NCBI GenBank assembly: GCA_964019335.1
Contig: OZ025697.1
Span: forward strand, 372,001-436,000
Direction of reading: 5' to 3'
From: Diplonema japonicum
Taxonomy: Eukaryota; Protista; Euglenozoa: Diplonemea
Length of the DNA: 64,000 nt
Below the pieces are notes generated by a model. The model was given only the letters and a program-made list of their open reading frames with translations, had not been told where the DNA came from and did not search any database. Below are positions 1 to 10,580 of this stretch, one piece after another (the first letter of the stretch is position 1; each line of letters starts with the position of its first letter). The translations under genes and the position numbers were made by a program.

Positions 1-815
1 AAGATGGTTCGACGACGGTTGCCCAAGCCGGGTTCAGGAAAAAGGCGACAAATGTGAATGGGGCAAGTGTGCTCTTGCATTTTTTAAAGTGTAACAGAAA
101 AAAAAAAAAACAGACATAGGAAAAGAAGCATTGACAAGTAAACACACAACACAGCATTGAGGGAAAGGGTTCATAAAAAAATTATGTAACTGCATTGGTT
201 GTTCTACTTTGTTTCTTAGCTAGCTTTTGATTGAGGTGAGGGGTAAAACAGAAATAGAAACACACACACAAGAAGAGGGCTGTACTTAGCATCGACTGTG
301 CGGCATGCTACTACTTTTTTTTCTTTTTCTTTCTTTTTTTTTGCATTCCAAAAGAAAATTGAGTAGTACTAATAAATACAAAAGAAGGAGGTGAAATGTT
401 CAATAATAGTCCCCCCCCCCCTCTTTTTATTTTCTTCGTTCTCTATTTTTTTATTTTTCAACAGCCTAGGCAGAAGGGGAAAGGAGGGAAGGACAAAGAG
501 AAAATAAAGGATATGGGTTCCCAGGGGAAACCACTCGCAGGGGGAGTGGCGATAACTAGGGGGAGGGGGAGGCCAGAGCGATTTCTTCAGTTTTGTGGTC
601 ATAATATTAGTTTTGGCCTACTTTTGTGAGTTCAAATAATAATAAAAAAAAAAACTAGAAAAAGAAAGAACGAAATGAAAAAGAAACAAAAATTAAGCAT
701 TCTTTCAGATGGGGTGTTACAACAGGGGGAAGAAGGGTAAAGAAAAAAAAAAAGAGGAAAGGAAAGGACGATCGGAAAAAAGAAAATTTAATTATTTTTG
801 TGTCAGGGAGGGGCG

Positions 816-2534
816 TCACGATGCGTGTGAATTTGGAGTGATCCAAGTGATAGGTGGTGATGGAGAGTGAGAAGAGTCCAAAGCGTCTTTTAGTATATCG
901 ACGAAAGGCTGCACGGAAGAGGAAAGGGTAACGGTTGTGCTTAAAATGTGCCGGACTTTAGGAACGTCGTGCTGGAGGAAGGCAATACCCGCATCGTTGA
1001 AAATCTCCCATTTCTGCCCAGGGGCAGCCTCGAGTTCGTACATCCATTCTTCTTCGGAGTTCAGCTCCCTGTCGGTCACAGGTGAGGTGCACGACATCTT
1101 CACATGAGCGTCCCAAAGAATTTCGTAATGGAAAAGGGCCTCGTCTTCGAAAATGAAAGGGACCAGGATGGATTCCAGGATCAAGCGTTTTTCATACGCG
1201 TTTCCCACGTCCAATGCGGTCGATCTGTCGCACACCACGTCTAGTTGTTTTCTCCGCCCGTATCTTTCGACCTCAGTGAGGTACGTTGTGAGCTTGCCCA
1301 AGACGCAAAACCTTCGCAGGGCCTTGCACCCTAGGTAGCCACACTGCGCCGTTCCAACAACAATCCCAGCATTGCATGCTTTTGACTTTTTTGTGATGTG
1401 CGAGAACAAGCTTACCACAGACTTGACTGCGGACATAGCATGAAGGCTGCAGGTGTGGGATGCGTTGAACGATGTATAGATTTTGTCGCCGATAAAGTTG
1501 TCGATGACCCCTTTCGCGTTTGAGAAGGCGGCGGTCGCGGACTCAAGGATGAACTCGTGCGTGCTGAGAAAACCCTCCTTGTCGGTTTCGATTAGGTTCA
1601 AGCTGTTTTTTATGTTCACGGCAACCAACGACAGCCGTTTCTTTATCAACGACGGCCTGTCCAGCGTCGATTTCGAGATCGTCGAAGTCTGGTCGTCCAT
1701 ACCGTTGTAAGCTGTTTGCAAACAAGACTGGTCCAGATACGGACGAAAATCCTTCAAACTCATCAGAATTTTTTGATACGCGTTGAGTAACGGTGTCGGA
1801 AGATCTGGTGACGCTGTGTCCAGAGCTGTTGAAGCGTCGTCTAGGTTGTACTCTGCAAGTGCATATGCGATGGTTTCAGCAGCCTCGATGGAGCTTTCCA
1901 TTCGTTTCCGTTCGACAGCCGCGACTGTTGCGAACCAACGCGTGCACCAAAAATCCAACAAAAAGATCAAAAGCTGTGGGAGCAGAACCATGGCTGTTCC
2001 TTCCATCCCGATGGGACAAGGTGGGTTTTCACAGTCGCAGATTTCCAACCGCTTCCCGCTGTCAATGCTTTGAAGGTCGTACAACCCGAAACGGAACCCG
2101 CTTTCAAACGCTGTCACAACAAGCCAACACACCCCACACGCTAGAACCGTTCGAGGGATCCTGAAGTTCGTCTCGCACGCCAGCACGATATCAATAATGA
2201 TTAAGAACGACGGCCACAACCTCAAGCCCGAATTTGCGGCCCCTTCCCAATCCATCAATATTAGCGTTACCGTGAACATATAGGACAGGACTTCAAACAG
2301 GGTGTCAGGAGCTGCTTTGAATACCACCATGAAGGCTATGCCTCCTATTGCAACGGAGAGATTCATGAACCCTGCTGCCGTACCTACCTTGGTCTTGGGG
2401 AACAGGGCGATCATCGCGCCGAGGATGATGGCCCCTGCAAGACCGACCAGCAGGAACAACTTCCTCCGCTTATCAACTTGAGTGTCCTCACTACTCAATA
2501 CATATTGCAGGGGCTTGCGGTGCCAAAATACCAT
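816..2534 (-). CDS. Multi-TM protein with a single degenerate class III nucleotidyl cyclase domain
   Basis: 572 aa ORF with ~6 hydrophobic helices. ESGFRFGLYD and LKDFRPYLD motifs are shared with the cyclases at 39-59 kb. Cyclase-like segments VNIKNS, GVIDNFIGDKI and GYLGCKALRRFCVLG. Confidence 0.8.
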   Translation of the reverse strand: MVFWHRKPLQYVLSSEDTQVDKRRKLFLLVGLAGAIILGAMIALFPKTKVGTAAGFMNLSVAIGGIAFMVVFKAAPDTLFEVLSYMFTVTLILMDWEGAANSGLRLWPSFLIIIDIVLACETNFRIPRTVLACGVCWLVVTAFESGFRFGLYDLQSIDSGKRLEICDCENPPCPIGMEGTAMVLLPQLLIFLLDFWCTRWFATVAAVERKRMESSIEAAETIAYALAEYNLDDASTALDTASPDLPTPLLNAYQKILMSLKDFRPYLDQSCLQTAYNGMDDQTSTISKSTLDRPSLIKKRLSLVAVNIKNSLNLIETDKEGFLSTHEFILESATAAFSNAKGVIDNFIGDKIYTSFNASHTCSLHAMSAVKSVVSLFSHITKKSKACNAGIVVGTAQCGYLGCKALRRFCVLGKLTTYLTEVERYGRRKQLDVVCDRSTALDVGNAYEKRLILESILVPFIFEDEALFHYEILWDAHVKMSCTSPVTDRELNSEEEWMYELEAAPGQKWEIFNDAGIAFLQHDVPKVRHILSTTVTLSSSVQPFVDILKDALDSSHSPSPPITWITPNSHAS

Positions 2535-2627
2535 TTATAAAAAAATGCCTGTATTCCTTTTGGAATAATAATAATAAAAAAAAAACTGCCGGAGAAAGAA
2601 AAAAAAAAAAAAAAAAAAAAAAAACAA

Positions 2628-3299
2628 TCAACTTCCAACAAGATCTAGAAAATTAAGACAGGGGCTGCCTCTGCGTGGCGGGCTGTGTAAAGGACGCGGC
2701 GGGGGCACTTGAAAGTCCCACACAGGCGCATCGATCGCAGGGGCGTCTGCGTCATGGATGGGGACAGGAGCGACAGGAACGGTTCCACCGCACGACGACA
2801 TTCTATTGAAGAGGGATTCACGTGTCTTGGATTGAATGCGAAGAACCTCATCTTCATGCATACTAGGTTGCTCCATGGAGAAGTTCGAAACGTAAAAAGA
2901 AGAATGTCCCAAATTCGAACCGCGAGGAGAAGGAGATGGCGAGGGGGAAAGCGATGGAACGATGACAATGCCCCTTGGAGGAAGTGGCGGTGGTGGCGAT
3001 GGCTCCAGCTCTTCGGAAAGGTTCGACAAACTAAACCGTGACGGCGATCGAGACGCTGGTTCAGGGGGTGGTGGCGACATCCTTCCCCCGTATCCCCTTG
3101 GTCTTTCCAAAGATAGTTTCGTGTTTATCACTTCTGCTGATTCCCGTGACACCTCAGCTAGGCGTTTCAGAGCATCGTTCCACGACACTTTCCGGACCGC
3201 CCTCCTCTCAGGTGAGATTAACCCTGCATTCTTGCTCCAATCGACGTCCGGTAAATCTTCCAGCAAGTCTTTTATGATCCCATCGTCAGACCGATGCAT
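2628..3299 (-). CDS. Hypothetical Pro/Ser-rich, probably disordered protein
   Basis: 223 aa ATG-initiated ORF on the cluster strand, bounded by homopolymer spacers; no family recognised. Confidence 0.65.
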   Translation of the reverse strand: MHRSDDGIIKDLLEDLPDVDWSKNAGLISPERRAVRKVSWNDALKRLAEVSRESAEVINTKLSLERPRGYGGRMSPPPPEPASRSPSRFSLSNLSEELEPSPPPPLPPRGIVIVPSLSPSPSPSPRGSNLGHSSFYVSNFSMEQPSMHEDEVLRIQSKTRESLFNRMSSCGGTVPVAPVPIHDADAPAIDAPVWDFQVPPPRPLHSPPRRGSPCLNFLDLVGS

Positions 3300-4154
3300 C
3301 GTCTCTTTCTTTTTTTTTTCTTCTTCTTTTTTATTTCCCGTTCTCTCACTCTTATTTCATTTGAGAAGCAGTTGTGACAATACCTATTTTTTTTTTTTAA
3401 GGAGGGGTATTTTTTTAAGTACTGTGGGGGGGGGGGGGGGGAATGAAAAAGCTAAAAAAAAAAAGAAAAACGGGAAGAGTTAATTAAAAAAAAAAAGAAA
3501 GGAAGAGAAGAAAAAGAAAAGAAAAAAAAAAAAGAAAGAGGGAGAAAAATCCTAGCAGGTGTAAAAGGTGTTCTCCAATAAACATTTTGTTTTTTTGTCT
3601 ATTAGAGGTGGTTTTTTTTCCCCTCCCCCCTTTTTTTTTCCTCTTTTTTGTGTTTTTTTGTGAACACTGTAAAGTGAAAAAAGCCGGTTCGCTTTTCTTT
3701 TTTTTTGTCCGGCATATTCACTTCACAGAAAAAGAACAAGAAAAACAAGAGATAATGAGGTCAGTGTTGTGGCACTCTGTGAAAAAGAACCGATAACCTT
3801 TTCGCACGGGGGTAAGTGGTTCAGCTACACTGAACCGGGTCAGTTCTGAAAAAGGAATGAATCCTAATATGTGTGTAAATTTTTTTTTTGTTTAGTTTTT
3901 TTTTTTTTTCTCTCTTCCCCTTTCTTTTCTTTTCTTGCTGACAAACGGAACTTTCTTGTTCCGAGACAACGAAAAGGGAAACGACCGGGGAAGGAAGAAA
4001 AAAAAAATATATATAATACAAGAATAAAGTGAAGGGCAAAGTGTGTAAAAAAAAAAAAAAGAAAAAGAAAAAAAAAAAACGAAAAGAGTAAACTAACATT
4101 TAATCTTTTTTTTTTTTTTTTTTTTTCTTACGTTGCAGACAAAAAAAAGAGAGG

Positions 4155-4200
<46 letters not shown>

Positions 4201-4243
4201 AAAAGACAGAATCTTTTACGAAGAGCGTTGCATTTCCCCCAGC

Positions 4244-4906
4244 CTACTGGGCCTTGAATACACTGTGAAGCCCAGAGGCATCCTTGTAGTAGGCCTTCAC
4301 CTGCGGAATGTTGGTGATTTTCACCGCATGCTTGCAGATGTGTGTGTATTTGTCAAGGCAGTCAGTACTGATCCCATCGAGCCAACCAGTCTTCAGAGGC
4401 TGGACCCAAGTGAGGGTGCAAAGGTCTGCGAGGCTGAAGGTTTCATTGACAGCAAAACCAGAAGAGGACTTTCCAAGCAAGCTGTCGATGAAGGTGAGCC
4501 ACTTGGTGAGTTCGCCATCGTCGGCGAAGAGTGCACCCCTGGCAGCTTGCCTTTCCTTGTCGTCCGTGATGGCGAACGTCTTGGCCAACGGGCCAAATGT
4601 CTCAGAGATGATATCGCAGAATTCGTCGATCTTCAAAGCTTCCAAGGGGTTCTCAGGGTACAACGGTTTCCCGTCCACTTTTGCGATCTTTGCTGCGTAC
4701 CTCATGATGGCAGCGCTCTGCCCGATGTACTCCCCATCAATGCACAGCAGCGGCATCTGCTTGGGGGTCAGGTTCTTCCTCAGCCCCTCGGCCCATTCTT
4801 CCCTGGAAAGCTGCTTGTCCTCGAATTCGATCCCACCACAAGCAAGCGCCAGACGGGTAGGTTCCACACGGCCGGGGAACGCAAAGTAAATAACTTGAAG
4901 CGGCAT
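4244..4906 (-). CDS. Glutathione S-transferase (sigma-like)
   Basis: MPLQVIYFAFPGRVEPTRLAL, TPKQMPLL, IGQSAAIMRY and SLADL motifs. The ORF-track N-terminal extension is spacer sequence. Confidence 0.92.
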   Translation of the reverse strand: MPLQVIYFAFPGRVEPTRLALACGGIEFEDKQLSREEWAEGLRKNLTPKQMPLLCIDGEYIGQSAAIMRYAAKIAKVDGKPLYPENPLEALKIDEFCDIISETFGPLAKTFAITDDKERQAARGALFADDGELTKWLTFIDSLLGKSSSGFAVNETFSLADLCTLTWVQPLKTGWLDGISTDCLDKYTHICKHAVKITNIPQVKAYYKDASGLHSVFKAQ

Positions 4907-4996
4907 GGTTTTTGGAAGGTGAAAAACGGTCGTAAAAAAAAAAATAAAAAAGAGAGAAAACAGCTGTGATGGTGATATATGTGAATGTAGTAGAAT

Positions 4997-5029
<33 letters not shown>

Positions 5030-5076
5030 ATGAAGTGACGCGACCTTTCCAGTTCCAACGCCGTTTTCCTTTCTTC

Positions 5077-6090
5077 CTACGCGTACTCCAGTTCGGGGCA
5101 CAGTTTGTAAGCAGCTCGGTAGTTGCGCACTGCGAGGTCGGAGCGGCCGCTTTCTTCAAGATACTCAGCTTCGTTGAGGAGGGCGATGGCTTTGCTCCTG
5201 TTGGAGTCGGCGGCGTATAAACGTTGGCTGCGATGGTACACGATGTCAGCTCTGAGGAGCCATTTTTCGTCTCCTGATCGGAGAACGGTTCCCTCATGGA
5301 GCATCTTTGCATCAAAGACAGCCGCCCAGCCTGTCTTGACAGGCACGACACCTACTACGTCCTCTTCGGCAGCACGTGTGGCACCGCCCTCTACAGTAAT
5401 GTATCTCGTCCCGATGTCCTCATCCCTGTGGTCTAGAAATCTTGTCCGCCCATCCTCGTAGCCTTCGTTTAAATAGACAAGAATTGTTTTTATGGATCGG
5501 GTTTCTTCGTCGGTGACCCATTCCCCGTCGAAGTGCGGTGCGATGTGCCCCCCACCGTAATACTGAACCGATCGAAACACACCCGAGAGCCCCACGGGTT
5601 CCCATGTCCCTTCCATGCCAGCGTTCAAAAAGAGCTTCCGGTTTTCATCAGTAATGGTGATGGGACTCAATAAGGGCTTCACCCTCTCCCAGAGAAGTTC
5701 TTCAAGCTGAGGGGACTTGAAGGCTATTCGGTTGCAACGCCGTTTTGTCCCGTCGCATAGAAGCATGGGTTTGAGACCGTGGGCGGTGGATGCACGTATG
5801 ATCTCTTTGCATTCTGTTTCTGAGAGCAGGCTTGCAAGAACGCTTCTGTTCTTGAACATGTTGTGTTCTGTACAGTCGTCCCGCCAAGGGAAGGGTTCGA
5901 CTTCTACTTTGAATGTTTCTTTCCCCCCGCCGATGTCCATGGGTTCTATTTCGCTGGCAAGGTGTGCGTCAAGAAGGTCCCTGTCGCTGTGGCGTGATTC
6001 CGACACACGCTCCGCCTCCTCTTCGGTAACGACATCGATTCTGTTGTCAATGAGCCCTTCAAGGCTCACCCCCTCGAGGTTTCCTTCCAT
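5077..6090 (-). CDS. 2OG-Fe(II) oxygenase (prolyl-4-hydroxylase-like) with a C-terminal TPR-like helix pair
   Basis: HFD (HxD) motif, ILVYLN, distal LHEG and KWLLRADIVY. Confidence 0.88.
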   Translation of the reverse strand: MEGNLEGVSLEGLIDNRIDVVTEEEAERVSESRHSDRDLLDAHLASEIEPMDIGGGKETFKVEVEPFPWRDDCTEHNMFKNRSVLASLLSETECKEIIRASTAHGLKPMLLCDGTKRRCNRIAFKSPQLEELLWERVKPLLSPITITDENRKLFLNAGMEGTWEPVGLSGVFRSVQYYGGGHIAPHFDGEWVTDEETRSIKTILVYLNEGYEDGRTRFLDHRDEDIGTRYITVEGGATRAAEEDVVGVVPVKTGWAAVFDAKMLHEGTVLRSGDEKWLLRADIVYHRSQRLYAADSNRSKAIALLNEAEYLEESGRSDLAVRNYRAAYKLCPELEYA

Positions 6091-6146
6091 CCCTGTGGTG
6101 GTTCATAATATTCAAAAGGGAAACACCTTAATACAATATCGTACTT

Positions 6147-6491
6147 TTACAATTTTCGAACGGGCATGTTTTGCACTATTTTGGTGAAGGTGTATATGTA
6201 CTTCTGCCAGTTTTGCTGTGGTGGTGATGGTATATATATTTGGGATAGGCATACTTCCATCCATTCTAAAGCGGGGCATGAAGAGTCGTAAAATTGTTTT
6301 TCGTCAGCAGAACAAGGCGGGGGGCAGGTGGGTATTATGAGGGGTTCGGGTTCCGGTCCCTCTTGTTTTTTCTGAGCGGGCTCCACCGTTCTCGGTACAA
6401 TTTTTGCGACTTTCTTGACCTCCCCCCTTGGGCCGTTGTATACTCTTTTGCTGGTGTGCATCCAGTCTTCTTCTCTTTTTCGTTTTTCCAT
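6147..6491 (-). CDS. Small hypothetical protein with a probable 39-nt intron (6216-6254)
   Basis: ATG at 6491 (MEKRKREED). An in-frame GTATG...CACAG segment matches the other introns. Confidence 0.5.
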   Translation of the reverse strand: MEKRKREEDWMHTSKRVYNGPRGEVKKVAKIVPRTVEPAQKKQEGPEPEPLIIPTCPPPCSADEKQFYDSSCPALEWMEVCLSQIYIPSPPQQNWQKYIYTFTKIVQNMPVRKL

Positions 6492-6818
6492 CCCCCCCCA
6501 CACCCTCTTCCCTTTTGGTTTTGTTGTTGTTGGACGGCGTCATGCCCCACAGTGAAGCGAAAGAAAAAGGGACAGAAATAAAAAAAAAGCAGCCACTCTA
6601 CAGCTCAGCTCTTCAGAACTGTCCAGGCCTTGTGACCCTGGATGGGGTGTTAACTGGAAACGCAAAAAAAAAACCCCCCCTCCCCTCTCGTAGTTATAAA
6701 GCCGCGGTTCATTTCCTGGAGATTGGGTGTTAATTGTGGAAGGGAAAAAAAAAAAAGAAACTAAAACAATAAATAAATTTCACCCCCCCCATTCCCCTTA
6801 TGGCTTTTTTTCTTCTTC

Positions 6819-7259
6819 TCATGCTAGCTTAGCTTTGAGGTACTCAACAATTTGAGAGGATTTCCATGCGGCAATAGGAACTCTGTCGGTAGTGGTGGAG
6901 CCGGATTTTGTGGCCCTTGTCATGATGAGCGTAGGGCGCTTGTTAAAGGAGTAGCGGACCTTAAGTTTGGGGAAGGAATCGGCGTGCGTGGCCAGGAAGT
7001 GGTCCAGCTCTGGTGCCCATGCACGCTGCCTCTCGTCGAGTTCGATAGTGGCCGCGGAGTAGGCGTTCTCCACCTCACCAGTGCAGCAGGCCTTGCACTC
7101 TTTGACTAGCTCAGAGAGTCCTGGCTGGTTCTCTTCTATCAGTGAGCATGTTTCGCACCTCAAAGACTCTGTTTCAAATAGATCGTCACACTTCACACCC
7201 CAACACACTGTCGCCATGGCTGATAGCGCAGCGAGTATTAATACACCGCGGGAGCCCAT
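6819..7259 (-). CDS. Sep15/selenoprotein F-like ER protein lacking the CxU redox motif
   Basis: Signal peptide, Cys-rich LRCETC...ECKACC domain, then YSAATIEL, FPKLKVRY, PTL and a W...IVEYLKAKL C-terminus, all collinear with Sep15. Confidence 0.85.
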   Translation of the reverse strand: MGSRGVLILAALSAMATVCWGVKCDDLFETESLRCETCSLIEENQPGLSELVKECKACCTGEVENAYSAATIELDERQRAWAPELDHFLATHADSFPKLKVRYSFNKRPTLIMTRATKSGSTTTDRVPIAAWKSSQIVEYLKAKLA

Positions 7260-8159
7260 TTTTTTTTTTTTTTTTTGTTTCTTCTTCTTTCTTTTCTAGG
7301 TTTTTTTTTCTTTTTTTTTTTTTTGCTGGGGAAAAAGAAAAAAAAAAATGAAGTCAGTCTCACCTAACTTTTGTGGCTTCTGCTGGAAAAAGAAAAATGG
7401 ATGAAGTACAAAAAAGTGACCCCCCCCCCTCCCCTCCAATTTTATATTGCACTTCATATTTTACGTAGGACGTATGGTGAACCAGAGAAAAAAAAAAAAG
7501 AAAAAAAAAAAAAAGGTAGCTTCGGAATTCGTAGGCATTTATCGTCGTCTAGCGGCTTTCCGAGGCCGTTTAGGGCCAGCAGTTTTAAGTGCACTTCCCC
7601 CCTTTTTTTTTTTGTACTTTCTTTGAAAAATTTCGGTCACTTTTTGTACTAACTTCTCATGAAAACAACAAAAAGTCTGGGCAAAAAAAAGTGGGGGGGG
7701 GGGAAAGTACTTTACCCCGGAAAAAAAAAAGTACGAAAACAGGATACAGATTTCTTTCGTTTTTTCTCTCATTTCTCTCCCCCCTCCCAGGGGGGGGCAA
7801 GGAAGGGATTTTTTTTTTGTGGCTGTGTGACCAGGGGAATAGCAGGATGGCTAATGATGGTGGGGGTGGGGTGTTGAAAAAAGAAGGAAATCGTAAGACG
7901 GTGAAAGCATGTCTCAGAGACTCATACAGGCATCCCTTGCGGCTAGTGGGGAAAAAAAAAAAAAAAAAAAAAAAAAAAATAGCACCAAGATGGCTTTCCT
8001 CCCTTCTCTTTATTTTTTTGTTTTGTTGATGTCACTTATGTTGGTGGGCCAAAAAAGTGGCGAATTTTGGGGGTACAGCTCCGTGGCCGTTTGGCTCTTT
8101 TTGATGAAGATACAAAAACAAAACAAATATAAGAGAAAAAAAAAAGAAAAAAAAAAGAA

Positions 8160-8363
8160 TTCACTATGATAAACTGCCCACCGCGGTGGCGTGCCTACCT
8201 TATGATGCTCCTTTTGGGTCGTTCCGGTAATCTTCTCATCGCAGTCCCTTCAGCTTGGTCGCTGTCAGCTACGATGCAAACAGATTGTCGCGGCCAATGG
8301 ATCGTAGAGATCCCACCTTCTTGCATGACTGCGCCGGAGAAGCGTGCCTCCTTTTCTCCCTCA
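8160..8363 (-). mobile_element. Decayed 3' fragment of non-LTR retroposon family A
   Basis: Collinear with 54161-~54460 (TTCACTATGATA...CCGCGGTGGCGTGCCTACCTTATGATGCTCC...GCCAATGGATCGTAG), with internal deletions. Confidence 0.85.
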
Positions 8364-8649
8364 GGTTGTACTTCTCAAAAAAAAAAAAAAAAAAAATCAG
8401 GGGCCCGTTCCATCATAAGAATTCTCCTTAATACCAGACAATAGAAGTTGTTATCATCACAAAAGGGGGGGGGAAATAAAAAAAAGAAAGAGACATTAAA
8501 AAAAAAAAAAAAAAAGAAAGGGGAAAATAAAATAAAATACAATCACTATGATTTGGGTCTTTGTGAGTTCGCTTTTTTTTTTTCCTTTCCTCCCCCCCTC
8601 TTTTTTTTTCTTCATCTCCCCCTTTCTTTATTTTTCTACGTATTGAGTG

Positions 8650-8984
8650 TCAGAAGTCTAGTTCTGCCAAACAATTCGCGTGAGGCTTAAGATCTATACC
8701 ATCACCGGATCCCCGTTCAGGTACATTTACTGGACAGTCTTTTTTTTTTTTTTTTTTTTTCTTCAACAACTTTCATTTGCATACATTCAGGATCTTCTGG
8801 GATATGGAAAATTGTAGAGTGCGCATAGGCAATACCCTCCAGATATTCGATTTGCTGTGTGTTAGAAAATATTTTTTTTTCCCCCCTAATTTCTTCAGCA
8901 TACATCCGGTCTAAGGAAAAGCATGGTGGCCAAGAAGTGAACTGGGGCATCGCCCCACCGTTCGTAGAAAAAACCCCCACTCTG

Positions 8985-9018
<34 letters not shown>

Positions 9019-10379
9019 ACATCACATACCCTGTCCAAAAAATCGAAATACTCGCTGTACTTAGGGTTTCTGAAGAACTTGAAGCTCCCGATCTCGAAAT
9101 TCGTCCAGAAGTGGCACCCCGTGTACTCGCCTCTTTTGCAGAATCGGTCCTGGTCCCACTTCACCTCCGTGTCCTTCTCCTTGATGTACTGTTTCGTGGT
9201 CTTCCAAAGCGTCTTGATAGTGATCATCAGCTCCCCCAATGCAATGGTAAAACCATACTCTTTCTTCTTTGCGATCATCGACACAAAGGGATCGAATGTT
9301 ATGGGGCAATAATAAAAGACATCATCATCCACCCGCCAGAACCAATCGTATTGTTGCAAGATTGGTTCTTTGTAGAAAAAACCGGAGTTCCACCTGCACA
9401 TTAAACGATAAGGAAGGGAGTCCATGTAAGGCGCGTCTTTACGGGGTTTCAACCCTCTCCGCATTCTGGGGAGATCGATCCAGGAAGGAACGGACCAGTG
9501 CTCCTCCGGAATTTTGTAGTATTTTATGGATGTTGAGACAGCAGCGGTGATGGTTTCTTTGAACAGATCTGAAAATTCGTTGTCGTTGAATGCAACGTAA
9601 GGGTACTGCAGGTATTGGTTGACATGGTCCTCGAAGGTTTTAAGCGTTTCAACGAGCCTGGTCCGTTTTGATTCAACCGTAAGTATTAAGAATACAGCGT
9701 TTGGTTTCGGTCCATTGTACGTTCCACCTTGCGACGGCCACGCGTATTTCAACTGTTCCCTCATTCTCGGGTATTTGTAGAGCTTAGGAACATCGTTTAG
9801 AAAAGTAGTGTTCTGGGTGACGCGTCGTATCCGTTCGGTAGTGGAGACTTGAATGAGCTCGTCGGCGTGTTTGTTTGGAGTAACTGGAATTCCGTTCTTT
9901 GCAATTTCAAATCCCGTTCCGATGTACACCCTTGGGTTAGCCACCGCCGAGCTGCATAAAGATCTACACGTGAATTTTATTTTACCTGTTTCGCAGCTGT
10001 GTCCAACTGTGATTCCATTTGAGCATATGCAGGTCCCTGACGATGTGGATGATATTTCTTCAGCGCAGCCCATATCCTTTGCGTTAGAGGGCCCCGATCC
10101 CGAACAGAACTGTGTTGCTGTCCATCTGACGCATATTGTATTGCTTGAATGTTCCAAGGACTCCGCGACTTTTTCAAGCGAGCCCAGACCTGTTTTATTA
10201 GAATGTTCCGCGCTTCCCAAGAGATGTGTTATTACAATTAGTACGGCGGCGATGACGAGGCACCCGGGGGTCACTATGCGTTGCTTTTCGAATTTTCGGC
10301 CGCTCACCGGGGAGTCACCACGCCACTCAGTGGTGTTGGCGGTGGGGCTTGAGCGGAAATTCGATTTCAGTTCCCGCAT
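8650..10379 (-). CDS. GT15 (KRE2/MNT1/KTR-family) alpha-1,2-mannosyltransferase, 4 exons
   Basis: Type II TM anchor; YPYVAFND, YRLMCRWNSGFFY, CHFWTNFEIG and GGFFYERWGDAPVH motifs. Removing introns 8982-9029, 8855-8903 and 8739-8784 restores FLDRSGGFFY and a Cys-containing C-terminus (YCPVN...NCLAELDF*). Confidence 0.92.
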
Positions 10380-10539
10380 GCCTTTTTTTTTTTTCCACGC
10401 CCCCCCACGCCTGTTGAGTTGTTATTACTGGGGGGAAGAGAGGAGAGAGAGAAAAAAAAAAAAAAAAAAGCATATTGGTATCATCGAATTAAACGGTTTG
10501 GTACGAAGTTTTCATTCCAAACGCATACAAAAAAATAAA

Positions 10540-10570
<31 letters not shown>

Positions 10571-10580
10571 TGTGTACACT

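Noticed and set aside
6550-6818. SECIS downstream of the Sep15-like gene
   Set aside because: No in-frame UGA, and no convincing AUGA/GA quartet stem.
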